Assembly (NCBI GenBank): GCA_051362555.1
Contig: CM120642.1
Coordinates: forward strand, 24,862,001 to 24,926,000
Length of the DNA: 64,000 bases
Direction of reading: 5' to 3'
From: Lingula anatina
Taxonomy: Eukaryota; Animalia; Brachiopoda
The notes under the pieces: model-generated
Seen by the model: the letters and a program-made list of their open reading frames with translations, nothing else
Told to the model about the DNA's origin: nothing
Database searches by the model: none
Made by a program: the position numbers and the translations under genes
Shown here: positions 1 to 22,700 of the stretch, one piece after another
How positions within the stretch are numbered: the stretch's first letter is position 1
Layout: each line of letters starts with the position of its first letter

Positions 1-1550
1 GTTTTTCAATTGCACCTATACTGTTTTGGAAGTCATCAGAGGGATAGTTTCATGCTGTGTGGAAATGAGTACATAAACCTGATTAACAAAAAAAAAAATG
101 ATAACCCACGGTGACATCAAACTAGTTTAGAGAATCATTATCTCACTGCATGCTCCGGAAAAAAAAATGCTGCTCCAAATCTGATAAAATGTTCATCAAA
201 CTGTAATCCTGTACGCAAGAGCCCTTTGTTGTCTAGCTGTATCAAGAAAAGATGTAATATCTTTGTGGTTGGATTTCAAAGACCACAAACCTCATTTCTT
301 GACGTATTGGTGTAAAGATAAGAGTTTTTCATGTTTTACTATGCTGTCCTCTAGAGATAAAGTCGATTGTTTTACTTTTTCAGGTCAGTATGGAATTACT
401 CATTTAGGTGTGTGTATATTTTATAGTTCAAGTGCATTAGATCCCTTGGATGATTTCCTTTTGTTATGTTGTTATTTTGATATAGACTGGCCTACTCTAG
501 TTTTTGAGACAATGGCCTTAATTGTTTATCAAATTTCCTACATGCAGTGTTATCAGAATATATAAAAACTAAATAAATAAGAAAGATGAATAAATAGCTA
601 TGTCTCCTTCCTTCTCCAAATCTACATGTAATTGGGCAGTCCTCATTTTAAATTGCTAATTGAAAAGTCTTAATTAAATACAAGGATGACCTCAAGCATA
701 CAATATCAGTTACATTTGTTGATGACTTTTTAAATTTTTTTTTACAAGAAGAGGTAGTGAAAGTGGTGGTGAAAGGAAATAGAAATGTTTAAGACAGTCA
801 CTATCCTGTATGTTATCTGTGTATGTCACATTAATAGGTCTATGATACATGATACTTGATAACACACAAGGTGTAACATTCTCATTCCATATTTGTGATT
901 AGTGCTTAATGACTTCCACATCAGCTTTAATGTGTGCCATGTGCCTGCTTTAAAAAATTAGAAATATTTTTGTTATATGAATGTGTTTCCCTTGTTTCTT
1001 GAAACAAAATGTTTGGAAATATCCTAAATTTAATCCTGTATTTCATTTGCTGCTATAACATAAATTTAGGGGAAAAATGCCCATTACAGCTCAAGTGTTA
1101 GTAATTCTTTGCATTTGCTTTGAAAATGTGTATTTTTATACTTTCAAGGAAGATATTTGTAAATTTTTAAGCTATATTTTACTTATGTCACAATTAAATA
1201 CCATTGCTGCAATTTAAAAAGAACTCGGACAGCTTTGTTCCTTTGACATATTGACCCCAGATGCAAGTTATATACTTTTCTCATTAACTCCTACTGTACC
1301 AAATGTTTGTTTTCTATGTTATTTGCTCTTAATTAAGTTTTAAGTCAATTTTGTGAGACCCCCTACAAGTATCGTATTCTGCAGCTGAGTTAACAGCATC
1401 TCTGTCTCATATTCTGATTATTTGATAGAGAGCCTAAAGACATAAATTATGAAGCACTCCATTGTTATCTGATGATCGACCTGCAATGAAAGCATATATT
1501 TAATTAAGCACCCTGTTTAGCTAATGCTCCTCTTTTATTTTCTCTTTTAG

Positions 1551-9884
<8,334 letters not shown>

Positions 9885-12800
9885 ACTCTATCTTTGTATA
9901 GATGACTAAATACATGAACTGGTGACACCTTCCAACGCAACGCACATTGGTCAAGTAAATATACTGGATATAAATGGTTATTTCCTAATTGGGTTAGCTG
10001 TGGGTGTAATGATACATTCAATACAGGGTTTCTTAATTAACCTGATACTCGCTGTCAGATATACAGTTAGGTCAGAGAAAATATGCATTGCAATATTGTA
10101 CTCAGTTTTTTTTTAAATTTAAGATTTCATGCTTATAATAATGATGCAGCTTGCTAGTAAGCTTTACATCAACACTTTTGATATGCACCAGGCATGTAAA
10201 GAATTATATTATAAAACATAGGTTGTAATTCTGTTTAAGAGAAAAGGATTTTGAGTGAAGTGCATTGTTGATAACCAACTAAGAAATGTTTTGAAATTCT
10301 ATATTAATTGATAATTTTCATCTATATACAAGTGCAATCAACCAAATTTAACATAATACTGTATGCCACAGTTCAAAGATGAAATGTTCCTGATTTTTTC
10401 TCTTTTTATATTTAATTTTTTAAAATTTTAATTACATTAATTAATTAATTTTTTTGTGAAGGGAGGCAATAGATAAGTGATTGGGCAGCAGGCTGCTAAT
10501 GTTAGTGGGTAGCAAGTTTATCAAATTTTACTATGGAACGGCCTATATGGAGCTTAATGATCTACATGTATATAAAGACCCCTATTTTATTAACATTGCC
10601 AAATATTAAAATTGTAAATTTGGTATATTTTACAACAATCCTCAAACATTGCAACATGTCAAGTAAATACTGGAAGCTTTGCTTTGGCTCCTGTTCATAC
10701 ATGTAGCTTTATATAATAAGACAATAGAAAGTTCATGTCATATCAAAACTTAATTATATTGGACAGTGTACAAGATGGCTGGTGACCACATCTGTGACAA
10801 TAAATTAAAGGTAAATAAATTTGATAATAATGAACTGTAAATGCTGCCTGTGATAAATTTCATGCAGTTCAAACTACAACCTAAAACACGCCCCCCCCCC
10901 CCCCCCAAATACCGGTAGCTATACTTACCCCTTTTAATGCAGAGTTTCATATTAACAGAAAAAGTGAATTTGACCAGGGTTAAGAACTGTAAATGATATA
11001 AAAAAATTTAGATAATGGAAATTTACACCAAGATTTTTAGTAAATATCGATCATTGGCTATAATTATTTCCATTTAAATTAATCCTCTAATTTTCATTCA
11101 TATTTAAACAGGAATTCTCAACTAAGAGTAAAAAGTGCACAAAAATAGACCCTGTGAGGCTGTGACTTTCAATGCCATCGACCTACTTTCGATCTTTACT
11201 TTCGACTGTCTTGTATATTAATGCCTCTCTTAACACAGCCATAGCGGATTATAACGCGAGATCATTTAGATGTGGTGTCAATCGATTATGTGACAAAATT
11301 CTTACATATCGAAAATATCCGAGTCCCGCATCGTTAATTTAGTGACTTTATTGTTAACATATTAATTTATAATTAATTTATTTAATGCGGTATTCGAATC
11401 GTTCCGTCAAAATACTGAATTTTAAAAAGTGCTTTTTTCGTGGGGTTGGGCAATCAATAAAAACGAATCACCTCTTGGAAATCCTGGATCCGCCCCTATA
11501 TATAATGTACCCCTTCTCTAACATCAAGAGGTGTTGGGTTCTTTCATCTACAGCGGGATATATTTATGCAAGATTGTTGATTCTGTGGGCTCTAATCCGT
11601 CTCGGGATAGTCTAGGTATCGGCTCTAGTTATGGCCAGAGAAAAAGTCACGCAACACCGCAGTTTTATTTCCAAAACCAAAAATCAATTTTATTACTTGG
11701 ACATTGCCTAGTTTTATGGAAGAAATCTACGCGACAGGAATTGCCAAATCTTATATTAATTTTAAGTGAGAAGGGGCAATTGAAAAGATAATTTCGACTG
11801 ATAATTAAACAAGTCGCGTGCATAGGCATGCAACTGCATTAGAATTAATTTGCTAGTCTGGTGATTATTTTTCCATCTCTACACTCCTTCCGTTTTTATA
11901 ACAGAAAAATGAGAGGATATCGTTTTATTCAACTATATATTATATACAGTTATATTCAATTTCAAAAGTACTTCAGTAATCATTAATGAAGCATGTAAAC
12001 GCACTCAATAAAAGGTAGTACCCGATGCCCCTCGGGCCGTGGGGAAAAAACCCGTCTAAACCCTTCGTGGGGAATGCCGGGAAAATGCCCACGCCCGGAT
12101 ATTTCTTTAAAACATGATAACTTCAGTTTTTTTTATTGGCACGGCGCCTTAAAGTTCATAAATATCGTCCCGTTTTAGACAACATGGTGCAACTGAATAA
12201 ACGTTTTCTTGTGACAAACTATTCTCTATATACACTATACTGGTACACAAGATTAAGCACAAGAATTAACCAAAGAACATGTTATTCTTGCTGAAAGTGG
12301 CACTGAAGACAATTAAGACATTTACTAGTCTTAACACAATTAAACTGAGGCTTATTTTAAACTTCATCTAGGGGGATGAAGTCATAAATTAATTAACTCG
12401 ATCCTTTTTCGACTGAAAGTATACATCAAAAATTGGATATAGTTATCTCTCATAAAATGAATAAAAGTTCAGGTACTATGATTATTACCCAGACACATCA
12501 ATGACTGAAATTAAACTTTGACATAACTGGATAGAAGTTTCTCAAATGTAAATTTGCCCTGAAATCGCAACTACCTGTATGATACAAGTAAAGGATAAAG
12601 CAAGCTTGCTTCGACATATATCACACTGTATGGCCGTCCGTGCAAATTTCAATATGAATTTTTGGGTCCGGAGAAAAAAGGTGCATATATGATGAATTGG
12701 GTATATTTGTCAACTATAACACTTGAGAAAATCATAATATTAGAAATATTAGTAATGTGCTATCCTCAATCTTGAGAGACGACTGTGTGCACCCAGCCAT

Positions 12801-13453
12801 CCCTCACGAGGAGCTGTGTACAAAAAATATAACGAAATATTTTCTCAAACGTAAAATATTTCATTATAGATTTTGCACAAGCTATCAATGTAAAACCTCT
12901 TCATGTAAAAGGATTTACATGAAGTCGGATTTTACAAAGATGCGAGGGTTAGTCGAGGTAAGTGTGCGGATTATGATCTTCTCAAGCGCTATACTGACGA
13001 ACAACTCCACATCATCAAAAGCACAAATATGAAAAATGACTACATCACTGAGATTGAAATTAAACACAGACGCCCATAACTGGTGGTCATACCAATGCTT
13101 TGCGAGCGAAAACCTATCTGCATTTAGAATGTGGATAAAGCAATAAACTGGATATTCTATCTAAATTTTAATAATAGCTGTTGAGACAAATTTTTCACAC
13201 AGAACCACAATTCATCTTATTCAATTGAACATTCATGGAATTATGAATGATCATATTGAACTTCAGTTTTCTCTTAAGCTATTGGAATAAAATGTTTCAC
13301 TGTCATAAGTGAAAAAATAAAACTTACTAAATAGCCTACAATTACACCCGACTCGTATCTGTGACCCATGAAGCGCAAAAATTCTCAATATATAAAAGAC
13401 TTGAGTACATTTTTATATTGCATTCCTATTATATTCAATAAATCGCTCTTTAC

Positions 13454-14516
13454 CATTCCACATTCTCTAAAATTCTTTCGCAGACAAGCTGTGTCCTTAA
13501 AAATCAAGACTGCTAGGATGTCCGATGATCAATGAAAGTGGATACAGTTGCTCCTTGCAAGTGCCAATAAGTGTTTCGCATCTTGGACATTTTTGCTAGA
13601 ATTGATGGTATCTGCGTTCGGGCATTATTTCAGGAAAACTGCCCTTTGGTAGCCTACAAATGAAACGTAACATGTTCACACAAAAGTATGAAAAGTAATT
13701 GAAAGCTTGCATTAATTGCAGCAAAGAACATGTATGTCACTGGAAATTCCACACCGTTAATTCTAGTAAGTATTTTGATGTTTCATAATACTTGGGTTCT
13801 TAACACGATTATTACATTTTATTATATCATATTTCTATAACAACACAAGAAAACCATATTATGATTAAGGAGAGTGCTAAGATTCTACAAAAAAAAGTGA
13901 CTAGTTAATAAGAGGGATAAAGGAAGGAATATGAATCACGAAAAGGCCTAATGATCTGAACAATATAAAGAGATGAAAATACATGCTCACCTGTACGATG
14001 GTCTCTTAGTACCACAACCGCAGCACTTGCATTCTAGACCGGTGACAACGCAATTTCTGTCATATTGTACCTGATGAAGATCTGAAATTTGGGCCATAGA
14101 ATCTCAAAATATTTTGCACGAGTGATTTTTTTTTTTTTGCAAGTTTGTGGATTCTAAAATGTCTGCTAAATGAATTTCCTTGAGTATATTTTAAATAGAT
14201 AATAAATGTCTACATTTAATTTAAAACAATTTTGTCTTAGGCGTTGCACAAAATGTCCAGTTTGTTGAATTTGCATTGACAAAGGTTTTGTAATATCTAT
14301 ATCTATAAATGACAATTAAGGTCATTGTTCACCCTCTACCCTGGCCCATAACTTACCTTAAGGGTCCTAAATTCCAATGGTATCACAACTAGACAAGGAC
14401 TCTTGAAATCCCATATGCTAATATAGCTTTCTCCATTTTAACCTTATGAAAGTGGACCATCATCAGGCCAGGCGCTCACCAATGTTATCTGCCTCAACTT
14501 CAGATGATTTTATTCT
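13454..14516 (-). pseudogene. Decayed spliced gene fragment encoding a Cys-rich (zinc-ribbon-like) peptide
   Basis: Three phase-compatible exons with canonical sites: 14516-14480 (RIKSSEVEADNI), 14081-13991 (DLHQVQYDRNCVVTGLECKCCGCGTKRPSYR) and 13653-13454 (LPKGSFPEIMPERRYHQF*QKCPRCETL...). The third exon has three in-frame stops. Confidence 0.45.
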
Positions 14517-14761
14517 CTAAAACGGTAACACTTTCCAATTATTATTAAGACTTTATTGCATTACCAACCCTTAGTTGTATCAATATGTCTATTTTCTGTG
14601 TAATCTGTTACTGACATAATAATTGTTCAGACATGTAGATTTGTCAGAATGTTTAACTTGATTATTTGACCATAAGATTTTTTTTAATTTTTCAAGAGAA
14701 CTTGATTTGATTTAATTTTCAATGTAACTGTTACATCCTAATTCTAAAATTGTAAGGTCTT

Positions 14762-14764
<3 letters not shown>

Positions 14765-14811
<47 letters not shown>

Positions 14812-14825
14812 TAATAATAATAAAT
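14765..14825. repeat. (AAT)n microsatellite
   Basis: Direct reading. Confidence 0.9.
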
Positions 14826-15004
14826 AAAAATAAATGAAAATGTAATCCAGTCCAGTTTTATTAAAATTTGTATTCGGACCAGTGAATCCTGACTCAGACC
14901 AGTAGTTTTTAGGAAAGTTAAGGTCCGAATAGCTAGTAAGGAGAAACATTTATGGCAAAGACTGCAATTGAAAAAACATTTAGTCTATTTCTTTCCCCAA
15001 TAAC

Positions 15005-16385
15005 ACTGGTTACCTTTAAGAGTTTTCCATCTCAGTGAAACACCATATGCCTTGGACGATTCCCAATGCAGCCACCGCGTAGACAGACCATGGCAGGACT
15101 CGCTGGACGCTTCCCCAATGCAGCCACCTCGTAGACAGACCATGGCAGGACTCGCTGGACGCTTCCCCAATGCAGCCACCTCGTAGACAGACCATGGCAG
15201 GACTCGCTGGACGCTTCCCCAATGCAGCCACCTCGTAGACGGACCATGGCATGACTCGCTGGACACTTCCCCAATGCAGCCACCTCATAGACAAGCTTGG
15301 GCAGGACTCGCTGGCACCAAGGATTGATTGAAATAGCTGAAGCGTAGATGTGGCCCTCTTCTATTTCAGTGGGAGCTCCATCAAGAATCGCCATAATCGA
15401 GTTCTGTTAACAGAAAGAAAAACGTGTTAATGACTTTTCCTACCTATGTCAGCACTCTGCATTCAAGCTTACCTTTAAGGGTTTTCCATCCCAGCGAAAC
15501 ACCACATGCCTTGGACGCTTTCCCAATGCAGCCACTTGTAGACAGACCATGGCAGGACTTGCTGGACGCTTCCCCTGTGCAGACACCTCTTAGCAGCCAC
15601 CTCGCAGACAGGCCATTGTAAGCGCAATGGACGCTCCACCAATGCAGCCATCTCATAGACAGACCATAGTATGACTCGCTGGACGCTTCCCCTCGTAGAT
15701 AGCCACCTTGTAGATAGGCTTGGGAAGGACTCCATGCAGTTGTCAGTGGGAGCTCTATCAAGATTCGCCGTAATCGAGTTCTGTTAACAGAAAGAAAAAC
15801 GTATTAATGACTTTTCCTACCTATGTCAGCACTCTGCATTCAGGCTTACCTTTAAGGGGTTTCCGTCTCAGTGAAACACCACATTCCTTGGACGCTTCCC
15901 CAATGCAGCTATCTCGTAGACAGACCATGACAGGACTCGCTGGACGCTTCCCCAATGCAGCCACCTCGCAGACAGACCATGGCAGGACTCGCTGACACCA
16001 AGGATTGGTTGGAATGGCTGAAGCGTAGATGTGGCCCTTTTCAGTGCAGTTGTCAGTGGGAATTCTATCGAGAATCGCCGTAATCGAGTTCTGTTAACAG
16101 AAAGAAAAACGTATTAATAACTTTGCCTTCTTATGTCAGCACTCTGCATTCAAGGTTACCTTTTAAGTGTTTTCCACCACATGCTTTGGACGCTTCCCCA
16201 ATGCAGCCATCTCGTAGACAGACCATGGCAAGACTCGCTGGCACGAAGGATTGATCGAAGTAGCTGAAGTGTAGATGTGAACCTCTTCTTCTTGCAGTTG
16301 TCGCTGGGAGCTCTATCGAGAATCGCCATAATCGAGTTCTGTTAAAAGAAAGAAAAACGGATAAATGACTTTTCTTACCTATGCA
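15005..16385. repeat. Nested tandem repeat: four ~300-450-bp units, each containing 1-5 copies of a 52-bp subunit
   Basis: Subunit GCAGCCACCTCGTAGACAGACCATGGCAGGACTCGCTGGACGCTTCCCCAAT. The outer-unit marker ATCGAGTTCTGTTAA..GAAAGAAAAACG recurs at about 15396, 15773, 16083 and 16331. Confidence 0.9.
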
Positions 16386-16707
16386 TGTAATAAGAAGAAA
16401 CCTGAAATGCATGGAAACATATGCAATGAAACTACAACAATATAGCCCACAACAGCAGAAAGCCGATGATGTATCCTGCGAAGATTCCTGAGCGACGATT
16501 TCTCCTTGTTGAGCGAAGTGACGGTTTTAGCTGGCCAGCTTAGAGAAACGTCGAATCCACCGTGTGCGTGTCGATGAGCGATGCGTTGACTTGAGCCGAG
16601 GAAAAGATTCGGAGAAATGTGAGTTGACTCCGGTGTCGTTTTTGCTTGATACGGGGCGCAGAAGACCTACACAGCATCCTTCTTGTTGCTCCAGATCTGC
16701 CTGCGTT

Positions 16708-16742
16708 GAATGAACGAAATTTCAAAATTTCGCGCCTTTATA
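16708..16742 (-). promoter_or_regulatory. Candidate TATA box plus initiator
   Basis: Minus-strand TATAAAGG starts at 16742, with a TCATTC initiator whose A is at 16711, i.e. canonical -31 spacing. It points into the repeat/pseudogene unit. Confidence 0.4.
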
Positions 16743-17928
16743 CCTTCAGTGATATATAGTCACATGGTGGCGTTCCTGGTCAATTTGTTCATTAGGGGTG
16801 CCGTTTAATAGTGATGTCCATAATTGATTATAATATCATTTTAACATACACATTTTATTAACTATTTTTTTATTTTGATTATTCTGTTTATCATTTTATT
16901 TTACAATAAAAGTAAGAAGTACTAAGCAGTGACTTCGAAATGTACAGGCAAATTTGATAACAATTTCTGAGCAACATACCTTCTCCCCAAAATTATGATA
17001 GGCCCAATGTCCGTTAAAATGGTACAGGTAGCCGTGAACTTCTCGCAGGCCGCCATAGAACGTGTGTATTCGAACACTGATCCAAAATGTGAATAATGCA
17101 GTAGGGCATATCGTGACTGCATTTTCGAGGCAGCCTGAGGGAGCATGATTGTTTTGATTGTAGTGAATTGTAGTGAGTCAACATTGACTTCAGTACTCTA
17201 AAACATATTTTGTAATCAACTGAGTTCTTATTCTTTGAAATAAAAAACAAGTTAATGAGATTTTACGAAGCGAAAGAAAGCAGCAATATGTCACATGAAA
17301 TATCTTGATTAACTTATACCAGACAACAGAAACAAATGAATATTTTTTAGGTCTACTGGTATAGGTAATAATTAACAACGGACGCCTCCATTCATGGCTT
17401 TGGGTTATCAGTACTCTGATGCCAGTAGCAAGACTAGCGAGATTTTTTTTAAAAAATGAATAAGACAATAGGATAAAAATTGAAATTAGATATTTCTCAT
17501 TTATACGTTTACTTTATCCCCTTAAACCTTAGTTGAAAAGTACACCTTTTAGTACGCGTGGTCACTGGTCATCCCCCTGCCGAACATACAACCCAACTTG
17601 TCGAGGTAAACTGCTCAATATCAATGTTTTCATGGCCAGGCACATGATAGCTCCATTTGTGTTTTTTGAGTGGGGTGGTCGACACAGCTAGAAAATCGAA
17701 TCGGGAATTGCTTTGCCTGCGACGAGAACACTCACTGACTCTCAATTTATAGGTCCATTTAGCATTTAAAAAATTAAGAATTAACGAGAGAAAATTTGTT
17801 TGTCCAAGTGGAATTTTACTTACATCACTCTTACAACTTTTAAAAATCACTGCAAAAAATATTTAAGAATCACTGCAAAAAAAAAAAAAAAAGATAATAA
17901 ATAAATAACTTTACCTGTTCTGACACGT

Positions 17929-17963
<35 letters not shown>

Positions 17964-19632
17964 AAAAACATAAAATTTAAACCATTTAACTGTTGCTCGT
18001 AGCGCCATCTCACACTCTCCAATCTAATGTATGTTTCAGAAAATGCCTTTGTTTATGTTCATTTTAAATAACACAATAATTAGATCGCCGCTACGTTCGC
18101 GGTGTCACCTGTCTTTTAAAATTGAAAAAAAATCTTGCGGTCTTTTGCTGCAGGTCATTATTTTTGGTTGTTTAATGTTTTTGTAATATTTCAGCCATTT
18201 AATGAATCTTAAGTTATATCCATGATTAACTAGACGATATGATGACAGGACACAGTTAATAGTTATAGTCGAAACTGCATTTTCATAGACAGTAATTTGC
18301 AAAAAATTCGTTAACAGGTGAAAAATATACTTGAAGTTGAGAACAAAATGTACCAGTAAAATAAATGTGCATCTCGTAACCCCTTCAGAGCAGTCTAATT
18401 TTTGTTAGTATGAATAACGTACGAATATTATCCAAAATGATTGTTTTTTTAAACCTTCTTTACTGAATACGAAAACTTTCCATGCTAGCAAGGCATGAAT
18501 CGGAAAAAGATTGCATTATTACGCAAAAAGCTAGATTTATCACTTTCTGTCACAATAGGTTTAGAAACAGTAGAATACGCGACCCCCTCCTTCTCGCTAC
18601 TCGACTCTCCAGGTAGAAAAACGTTTCACAAAAAAACGTCACTGTCAAAGCATGTTTAGGTAGTTCTACACCACATGTTCGTTACGTCACTCCCTTAAAC
18701 CCCTCTCCAATTTCGATTTCAGATAGTCATTCAGTAGGCCTAACAGACAAAATTATATGTCAAGGTGTTCTGGTCAATACATGCCTAGATATAAAATTTT
18801 TGAAACTGAACAAGGTGACCGTGATCAAGTGTCATAAAGCTTACATTACAAACTTGCGCTGTTATTAGATGGCTTTTTAAAAGTTAAATTAAATTTATTC
18901 TATATTCTAATTTATTCTATATTGAATTAAAATCTTTCGTTCTACGTATTAAAGTTTGGAAATTATTTTTGTTTATTTTGTGTGTGTGTGTGGGGAGGGG
19001 GGGGGGTTGAGGGCGGTAAAAATAAAAAGACCCCACAGAATCCGCCCCTGAATATAGTCTATTCAAATGAATATCTAATAAATAGCAGTGGCTGACTAGT
19101 TGGTCACTGTTTTCCCCCAAAAAACTCCAAGGTGGGCGAGAGTCGGGATCGCATCCGAGGCCTGTCATTCCTGAAAAGTCGGACCCCCCCTTCAAATAAT
19201 CCTGGAGCCGCCCCTGAGACCTGGACATAAGCAAGCCTAATTTGCACCGAAGACTCACTCACTGTGTCTTTTTGAACAGAATGTTCCTTTTATAAATTTC
19301 TTCAAAATTCAATTCTACCTTAAGATATAACTTATAGAAAAGCATACATGTAATACAACATTAACAAGGCTAGCTTGATTTGCACCAGGAAATTGCTCAC
19401 TGTTTCTTAATTTAGACATTATGTTGAAATTTTGTTTGTTAAAAAACCAATATAAAAGAATATTAAAATTACCACAGGAAAGGAAATTAATATATAACCA
19501 AATAAACGGATTGCACAACAGGATTTTATCATGTGATTAAAGCTGTTGTTTTATCAGCACCGTCGTGAGGGTGTTTCGCAATCAACTTCTATATTGTGTT
19601 TGTTGAGATCGTCGCCGTGTGTAGAATATGAT

Positions 19633-19714
19633 CCAATCAGCTGCAGCTTATTATTCAGTCCGGCGACCTAGAAAAGCACAAAAACAACTGGGGCACAACA
19701 CAAGCCGCCATCTT
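19633..19714 (+). promoter_or_regulatory. Flotillin-1 proximal promoter motifs (CCAAT, Inr-like TCAGT, YY1-like GCCGCCATCTT)
   Basis: CCAAT at 19633, TCAGTC at ~19655 and GCCGCCATCTT at 19704-19714, in a locally CpG-rich patch just 5' of the ATG at 19746. Confidence 0.45.
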
Positions 19715-19745
19715 AACGTAAGAGAGGGGCTTTTGCGATTTAACC

Positions 19746-22700
19746 ATGGTGTTCGAAACTTGTGGGCCCAACGAGGCCATGGTTGTTTCAGGTAAGTAAT
19801 AGTTTCTCCAGGGTTATGTGTATGATCATGAATTTTTAGTAAATATATTCAAAAGTAGATAGATTGCAGAGAACTTTTGGAGAAGTGCCCTGCCCCTCCG
19901 ATTTTGCAACAGGATGGGTCTTTCGCAATAACATCTGCAATGCATTTTTTCCAACAAGTGCAATAAACAGACTGCAAATTCATATTGATCTTCATCATTT
20001 GTAATTTTTTTTTGTCAAATAAGAGCCTTTGATATCGTTTTCACGTTTAACTTAATGTATAAATCACTAGTAGATGAATTAATTATGTTAACGAGTAACG
20101 TTCTGTTGTTATTGAATTTTGATAGAGCTACCTACTCGTACTGTATACAAGTTATTTTTAAACTGTTTATTGCCTGCATGTTTGCGAATATTGTATATAA
20201 TCATAAGCATGCTCTTTTCCACCTATATTGTCTTTAAACAGACCCTTTTTGCATATCCTCCTCTGACGGAAATGGAAAATTGTGAAATTCTTTTCACTTC
20301 AAGCTCCTCAGAGAGTAGTGGGTTCAATGTCATGACATCCACAGTCCAGTAACACTTTGTTTTACATCTTGCTGATAGATTGGTTGAACAAGTGCAAAGA
20401 GAACGATAGCAAAAGCCATTGCTTGTCATCTGAGCGAAACTGGACAGTTTAACATCTGATTTCAGTATGCTGTGTTTATCTGTGGCAGTTATTAAAACTA
20501 TTGATTTTTTTTTCTGGAACAATAATGATAACATTTATTGGTATTTCATCACTAGGCTGCTGTTTGAGTAAACCGTTTATAGTGCCAGGCGGCAGGGTCT
20601 GGGTCTGGCCTGGAATTCAGCAGTTGCAAAAGTAAGGGATTCTCATTGGCCACCATATTCGGACTGTAGCAGCCACGCAGCATGAGACTTGTGTTTTGTT
20701 TAATTGTTTCATGGCTTTTTTTATTGAGCATTTCCAATATATGTTTTTGTTTTTTTTCTGCTCCCTTAGTTTGATTTTTTTCACAAATTTTAATGTGAAA
20801 AAAATTTTGGATAAGATTTTTCTAGTCATTTCCATCATAAAGAAAAAAAAAACATTTCAACCAAAAAGCTTATTTCCAAAAGAAAAACAACCATGAACAA
20901 ATTAAAAACTTGTTGGAATTGTCTCCCATTTCATTTGCATTATAGGTTGTAAGTGCCACAGTTACTGTATGTTATAACATGGCCATTGGGGTAGCATTTT
21001 AGAAGCTGTATTAAGTTTATATGGCAGGAGTCAAAGGCAGAAATAAAAATTCATGTATGCTTCATAGACCATTTTGATTTTCTGATTTGACGTATTATTG
21101 GCCTCGGTTTATTATTGATTTAAAAAGATACTCTGTCAGCTGCAGTTTTTTGCTCTAGTCTATAAGTCTATAAGACTGATAAAAAAGATTTTTTTAAAAA
21201 TGGCATCTGCAAGTTAATTTTTTAGCCTTTGTTTAATATAATAATTAAGATGGGATTATTGTAAATTTCTGCCCCTGCTCACATATACATATATATATAT
21301 TTAAATATAGCATGCATGTTGATTTTGTTCTTATTCTAAAGCATGGGCTATGTTGTATTTATGATAGAGGACGGAAATTTCTTTCATTTACAGATGAACG
21401 TATATATCTGTTTTAACCTGCCCCAGTGGTTAATGTACTTACATATATGTAACAAATGGTAGTAGAAATATTGTTTTGCTTTCAGCAAAGCCCAGTGCTG
21501 CCACTTACCAGGCAGTGTTCTGCTTTTCATGTGTTTTATTTATACTGTACATCAGGATTTTCCTTGCAACTGAATAAAATAAAATTCTGTCAAGAATCAC
21601 TTTTATTTCTTTTATAAAATCAAATTTCAATAAATTTATGTTCAAATTTTCAAAAAATAACTAAATAGATAATAATACAAAAAGATTTTGGCAAAAGAAG
21701 ATTGGTGTCTACTTATCTCATTCTCATCCGCAGCTGTCATGAAACATTTTTATTACTTTGCCCATACTAGGCACCTGAATATAAATCTGCTTTCTGAAAT
21801 CAACTCCTGATGTACAGTAATCGCCAGCAGTAGTATTATAGTACACTTGTTTAGAGTGACATGGTGAATCAGTTTGTAGCATGTTGTTGTTTTTTGTTGC
21901 ACTTGTCTAGGCTGCTGTCATGGGAAACCAAGCATAATCCCAGGTGGGAGGGTCTGGGTGTGGCCTTGTATACAACAGTTACAGAGGTAAACCTGCTTAA
22001 CCACCAATTGATATATGCCACATTCATTTTCAGTGAGAAAATTTTTTTTTCGAGAAATTCATAAAATCAAAATATCAGAAAATTATGTGCAAATTTGCCA
22101 AAAGAAAAAGAAAAAAGAAATGAAAAAGTGACAATATAAAAGATTTTGGAAAGGAAAATTGATTGTATTTTCCTGTAAGTATTTTTTAGATTTTATCTCG
22201 GGTGTATGTGTTATTAGGTCTTATATCTGCAGCATATGCACATTTATTTTTTTCTTCATTATAAAAAATTATATTTTATTACCCAGTACAGCTAGAATCA
22301 AATTTACAAGTTATTTGTTAGAATTCCCTGATTTATAAAATGCCTGTGAATAGTCTTTTCACTAAAAATGAATGTTGGCAATAATATTGGGTCTTTATAG
22401 AGTTTGTAATTAATTTACATTTGTGATGTGATGTGTTTTGTTTAGATTATGTATTATTATATTCTAATTTGTTAAATACACGCATAATGACATATTAAAT
22501 TTAAAATTAAATTTTGGATACCTATTCTGCACTGAATTTGAATTTTTTTTAAATGTCTTGTTACTAGAAAATGTATCTATTTCTTATATTGCAATGTTTT
22601 CCATACATCGATGTATATTGCATTGTCAATTTTTGCACATAGTTTTTTAATGCTCATTGAAATGAAAGTTGAATTTAATACTTATTATTTATTCTTTAAC

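Noticed and set aside
14985-16412. Overlapping ORFs in the 52-bp repeat as proteins
   Set aside because: 52 is not a multiple of 3, so the same peptides cycle through all frames; this is a repeat artefact.
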